Assembly: GCA_964409365.1 (NCBI GenBank) | Contig: CAYPCX010000002.1 | Coordinates: 32,984-96,983 of the forward strand | Source of the DNA: an uncultured Planctomycetia bacterium | GTDB taxonomy: Bacteria > Omnitrophota > Gorgyraeia > Tantalellales > Tantalellaceae | Reading direction: 5' to 3' | DNA: 64,000 nt | Shown here: in pieces, positions 57,001 through 63,000 of the stretch | How the letters are laid out: every line of letters begins with the position of its first letter | How positions within the stretch are numbered: the stretch's first letter is position 1 | The notes under the pieces: generated by a model | What the model was told of the DNA's origin: nothing | The model's database searches: none | What the model saw: the letters and a program-made list of their open reading frames with translations, nothing else | Program-made: the position numbers and the translations under genes

Positions 57001-60000
57001 ACGACCATCCTGGGCGGGGTCGGCGTACTTGACTACAATGACACTGTTAGCAAGACCTTCACGGGTATCCCGCAGGGCGAAGTTATCATAAGCTTTGATT
57101 ATTATTTCTTCGAAAGATGGATAAATGACGCGAGCCGGTTCAGCAGCGCGTACCTGAAGGTGGACGGCGAGACGGTATGGGCACAGGAACACGATTATCA
57201 CAGTGATGAAGAAGGGCAGCTGGAAGAACTGTTCGCAAGTCCTTACTATGGTGCCCTCAGCTATAACGACTGGGTAGGGCATTTCGAAGTCGTTTATGAC
57301 AATTCCGCGGGGAGCGACGCGCTTACACTCGAGTTCGGTGTGATACCGTTCATGAACGAGGAGGACTGGGGTATCGATAATGTGTGTATAGAGGCAGTGT
57401 ATTCGACCGGTGACCTGGCCGAACCCCGGGAATATATCCCGGTCATGCTGGACGGCGCGTATACTTCACCGGCCGCTCTTGAAGGGTCGAATTGCGTGCT
57501 TGAAGAGGAAGTGGCGGTCAGCCTGATGCCTGATGCCTGGCAGGTAGAAGATGAGATGATCTCCTTCAATACGCTGCGTGGCGGAGCGATCGATTCCATT
57601 TATACCACCTTGAGCTCTACAAGCGTGGCTTTCGGCGCGGAAGAAATAACTGTTCTTGATCCGCTGGTACCTGGGGGATCCGAGGGATTCCAGGTAAGCG
57701 GCGATGCCGCTTTTCTAATGCAGTCGGACGAGGCCTGCGTGGGGGATCATGCCGCTAAGACGGGAGCTATCTCGCACGGTGAGGCGAGCATACTGGAGAC
57801 AACAGTTAATACGGGCAAATACACCGGCACGGCGGGTTTCTGGTGGAAGGTCTCTTCCGAGGCGAACGACAAGTTCAAGTTCTATATAGACGACGAGTTG
57901 CAGGGCGAGATCTCCGGTGAGATAGACTGGAAATACACGACAGCGACGCTTTCCCCGGGCGAGCATACGCTTAAGTGGGAATATTCAAAGGACGGGAGCA
58001 CCTCCGCCGGCGATGACACGGCCTGGCTGGATGAGGTGACCGTTACTAAGGATATAATAGAGTTCGATGATTTCCAGACCGGCGCCTATACGAATAACTG
58101 GGATATCGGTATCATGTATGGAGGCGTGACCGCGCCATACACAACGGACGTTGTCGGAGAGACCATCCTGGGCGGGTATAACAAGTTTGGAAAGGACGCA
58201 ACCGCCGTCAGGACGATAACGAATGCGCCGAAAGAAGCGATCACCATAAGTTTTGATTATTATTTTATCGATAATTGGTACACCGATGAAGCCATATTGG
58301 AGATAAACGGTGAAGTGGTATGGAGTCTATCGCATACCTATAACAGCAGCGATGGCGGTGACTACGAGGAAGACGGCCTACTTCAGGAGATCGGAGTTAA
58401 TGGTGACTCTGTCGGCTATTCCGGGACCAGTTATAGAGACTGGGTAGGGCATTTTGAGATCGTTTATGACAATACCGGCGGAGCGGATATGTTGGAGCTT
58501 GAATTCCGCTCTACGTTGGATGATAGCGGGATAAACTACAGCGAGTCATGGGGTGTAGACAACGTGCGGATGGAGATATTGGATCATCTCCTGATGCATG
58601 ATGATTTCACGCCGGAAAATCAGGTAACTATCTATTTTGACGATGAAGAAATAACGTATGATGAACTCGCCGGTAAATTGGCGCAGCTCCAGGCCGCGGG
58701 AATGGATTTTGAGGTGCATTCCGGGGACATTGCGGACGATGAACATGAGGATGGCATCATATGGTTCCGGACCGTGGACCCGTCGGTGACGGAAATAGAT
58801 GTTTCGGGCGCGCTCGAGAGCGTCAATTTCGGCGGAGGAGAGCTCGTCATAGGTGTTTACACGGTAACGGCGCCTGCGATCATTCGCCTGGACGGCCAGG
58901 AGGTGACCCTTGTGGCGCTTGAAGACGCATTCCAGCTCGGCGAGGTAACGGGTATATTCGAGATACGGACGCTCGCGACCTGTGGCGGAGAAGAAACAGG
59001 CGGCCAGATCACGTTCGCGGACAATATGGTTGAGCTTTACCGTGTCTATGACAAGGCGCACCGCCAGCTGACAGGCGGCGTGGAGGCCCTTAATGCGGCT
59101 ACAGGCACCATAACTATTGATGGAATGGAAATAGAACTGCCTGAGGTTCTTACCTTTAATGGAAAGACGATGAATGCCGGAGAGTTCATAGCGGCGTGCG
59201 AAGAGGTCCTGACCGGTCTGGCGTTCGAGGCCGTGCAGGCCCGCGGCATAACCGAGGACTTTGAAGACGGAACGCTTGATAGTTGGAGTATACGCGGCAC
59301 GAATTCGGAATGGGAAGTAGCAAACGGTACCCTGGTCCAGACATACCTCACCGATACGAGTGGCCAAGAGGATATCTATGAAAAGAGGGCTATTTTCACG
59401 GACAGTGCCATTCCGGAAAGAGAGGACGCGGTGTCCTCGATAAGCGCGCGAGTCAATCCTTACAGATGGCATGTTTATAACGATGACAACGGCACTGCCC
59501 AGGCGGATATCTACGCTTGCTACCAGGATGAGGATAATTACTACCGGATGAGGTTCGGTGAAGATGATATGGTCTATGTGCAGCAAATGAGCGACGGCGA
59601 ACTCATGACGCTTGCGTCCTGTGATGTAAATGCCGGTTTCGGGATCGATATCCAAAGAGATTCCTGGCGCGAATACTCTTTCAGCGTGTTCGGGGACACG
59701 GTCAAAGCGTATATAGACGGAGAACTGGTGCTTGAATACAGCGGGGCCGAAGTCGACAACACGCCGCATGTACTGGCTGATGCCCTTGTAGGCGTCGGGT
59801 GTCCCGGAAATAACCAGGTCTGGTTCGATGATATCAGTATAAGTGAGACGGTGGGTATGGAGGTAAAGCCGCTCTACGCTTATGACGCGATAAAAACCGC
59901 CGAAGGATGGGAACTGGAGCAGGGTTCGTTCGGGGTGTACACCGTCCTGGAACAGAATTATGTGACGGGTCTGGTCCAGGGTGTTGACGCTTCCGCCCGG

Positions 60001-63000
60001 AAGTTCACGATAGCCGGCGAGACTTGTGAGCTTACGGATATGTCTTTTGCGACGCTCGAACTTTCGGATTATACCACCGGCGGTGACTCGGCGTTCTTTG
60101 TCGACGGAAATCTCTCAGAGGGCTTCAGCCTGCGTTCGGGCGATATTGCCGATGGGGAAAGCTCATTTGTGCAGACGACCGTCACCCTGGACGAGGCGAA
60201 GGAACTCACGTTCGACTGGCTTGTGGATTCCGAGGCGGGGGATCTGATGAATTTCTACCTGGACAATATGGTCACGCCGGCGGCCACGACTTCGGGGCTG
60301 AACTATTACGAGGCCGAAAGCAATTTTGAGGCCGGCGCTGAGGGATGGGATATCACCTTCTCCGGCACCGAACCGGACGATACGTCATTCTGTAACGGGA
60401 CGTATATCCTGGGCGGGGACGAGAACTTCAACTACGGTGAAAAGGCCAGCAAGACGTTTACGGGCCTCCCGCAATCCATGGTCACCATCAGTTTTGATTT
60501 TTATTTCATCGATAACTGGGACGGGGGAACGCCGACAAGTGGCGACACGGCGTACCTGAAGGTAAATGAAGAAGTAGAGTGGTCGCAGCCGCATAAGTAC
60601 GACGCCAGCGCCCCTGGCGAAAGCGACCTGCTGGAAAGCGGTTCACTGCGAGAAATTTCCAATATCTTGACGCTTGGCGCGACTTACAGGGATTGGGTAG
60701 GGCACTTTGAGATCGTCTATGACAATACCGGAGGGTCCGATACGCTGGAGCTTGAGTTCTATACAGGCACGAACCTTAATAGCGAGCGCTGGGGCGTGGA
60801 TAACGTGAGAATAAGTTCCGCCTGGACGACCGAGACTTATCATCTCTCGGCCGGGGAACATACCTTGAGGTGGGAATATACCAAAGACGGGGCCGGTTCC
60901 GACGGCCTGGACGCGGCATGGGTAGATAAAATAGCGGTATCCGACATTCAGGTGGATCTCGACGGGACGAACGATCATGTGGATATCCCGGACCTGGGCC
61001 TTTCGGACGGCTTCACGATCGGTATATCGGCGAAGACGGGCTTTACCGACCCGTCCGCCGGAGACAGAACGATCCTCCATGCCAGCGAGGTTTCAGGCCA
61101 GAATGAAATAACGCTCAAATGGGATGAAAATGAGGAAGGCCTTGTCCTTACCGGCTGGGATTCTTCCGCGAGCGCGAGTTACGATATTACCACGGAGATC
61201 GGCTATGACGTGACCGGATGGAACGATTACGTCATCACCTATGACTGCACAACCGTAAGGATATATTTTAACGGTGATATCGTAGCCTGCGAAGACATCG
61301 GCCTTGATGTCTCGACCGTCGGCAGCTGGCTGGTAGGGAAATACACCACAGACACGGAATACTTTGTGGGCTCAATAGATGAAATGTTCGCTTTTGACCG
61401 CGTATTGACCTCCGGCGAGATAAAGAACCTCCACAACGGCAAGAAACCGTCGGAGATCGAGAATTACGGCACTGACTGCCACGGCTGGTGGGCTTTTGAT
61501 GAAAATACCGGGACCGACCTGGATGACAAGACCTCCGGTGGCAATGATGGCATTATTAATGACGCGACCTGGTCAATGAGCGTTGCAAAGGTCGATGATT
61601 TCACGCCGGCGGACTATATCAGTGTTACCGTTGACGGGTATGAATGCTCGTATCGTGAGTTCGAGGATCTCTTCGGCCAGAGCGCGGACGGCCTGACCGC
61701 GTTATACCTTGAGGAAGTCGAACGGGCCAAGGTCGGCTGGAGCCTTACGGAGAGGGTCGTGGAGTTCGTGACGGCCGGTCCGGAAGACCTCATATCCGGA
61801 GCCCTGGAAGAGATAGATACGGATGACGGGAAGATAACCATCGGCGGCATAGAATTCATCGCGCCCAGCGAGGTGTATGTGGATTACCAGCTGATGAGCC
61901 TTGAGGACCTGGAGGATAAGCTCGGCCAGGCGCAGTATTCACTCTTCACCATAAGCACGCTGGCAAGCTGCGAATATACGACGGTCTCCCAGGGAGTATA
62001 CGAGTTCACGGATGACAGGATAGACCTTTATACGGTCGCGCCGTTCGGTCCGTCCGGGCTTGTCGAAGACCCGAGCGCGTTCACGGAAGTGACCATCAAG
62101 TGCGACGAGGTCATAAGCGTTACCGGTATCTATTCCGACCAGGCGACCTATACGGTGGAGGTCAATGATACGACGGGTATGGTCGAAATAAAAGAGGACG
62201 GCGACCTCATCGTTTCCGGCGACATACCCGAGCAGGACTTCCTGCTCCTGGATGACAAAGGTCGGGAGATGATGACCGTGACGATCGACTACAAGGACAT
62301 AGTCGATGCCGTCCATACGGTGTACCTGCCGGCAGGCGGCTTTACCACGGAAGTCGCGATAAAAGAAGGCCAGATCCTCTCCGCGACCAACCTGCCCGCG
62401 GGTTACAATGTGGAATTCAACGATATATCCGGATTCTTACAGCTCCTGTACGGGGACGCGGTCATAGTTGAAAGCAAGGTGCCCACGCTGCTTCCGTATG
62501 TAAGCGAAGAAGACATGGTGGTCCTGGAGACCTCCATACTCGAGGAAGCCGCCTTTGACGTTACCCCGGACGATGACCGCGATTCGGTATACACGATCAA
62601 TAATACCTTCTCCGACGGTGTGCTTGACCGCACTTACGCGCCTTATTTCGACGGGGAATATACGATAGACGTAGCCGACCTTACGGGTGACGAAAGGTGC
62701 GACCAGCAGGACGTGGACTACCTGGAGATGCTGGCGGACGCCTGTTTGCGCATGAGAGCGGACCTTACCGGGGACAGCAGGGTGGACCAGGCGGATGTCG
62801 ACTGCTGGGACGTCAGCCCGTTCAACTGGAAAGATATAGACGGCGACGGCGAGATCAACAGCGAAGACTATACAGAACTTGTCAGGCTCGTCGCGGAGAG
62901 CGCGGCGATCTACTTCCAGGCGGACGTGAACAGGGACGGCGTAATAGACGCTGAGGATGAAGCAGATTTTCTCACTTACATCGCTGATAAGGAAAAACTC

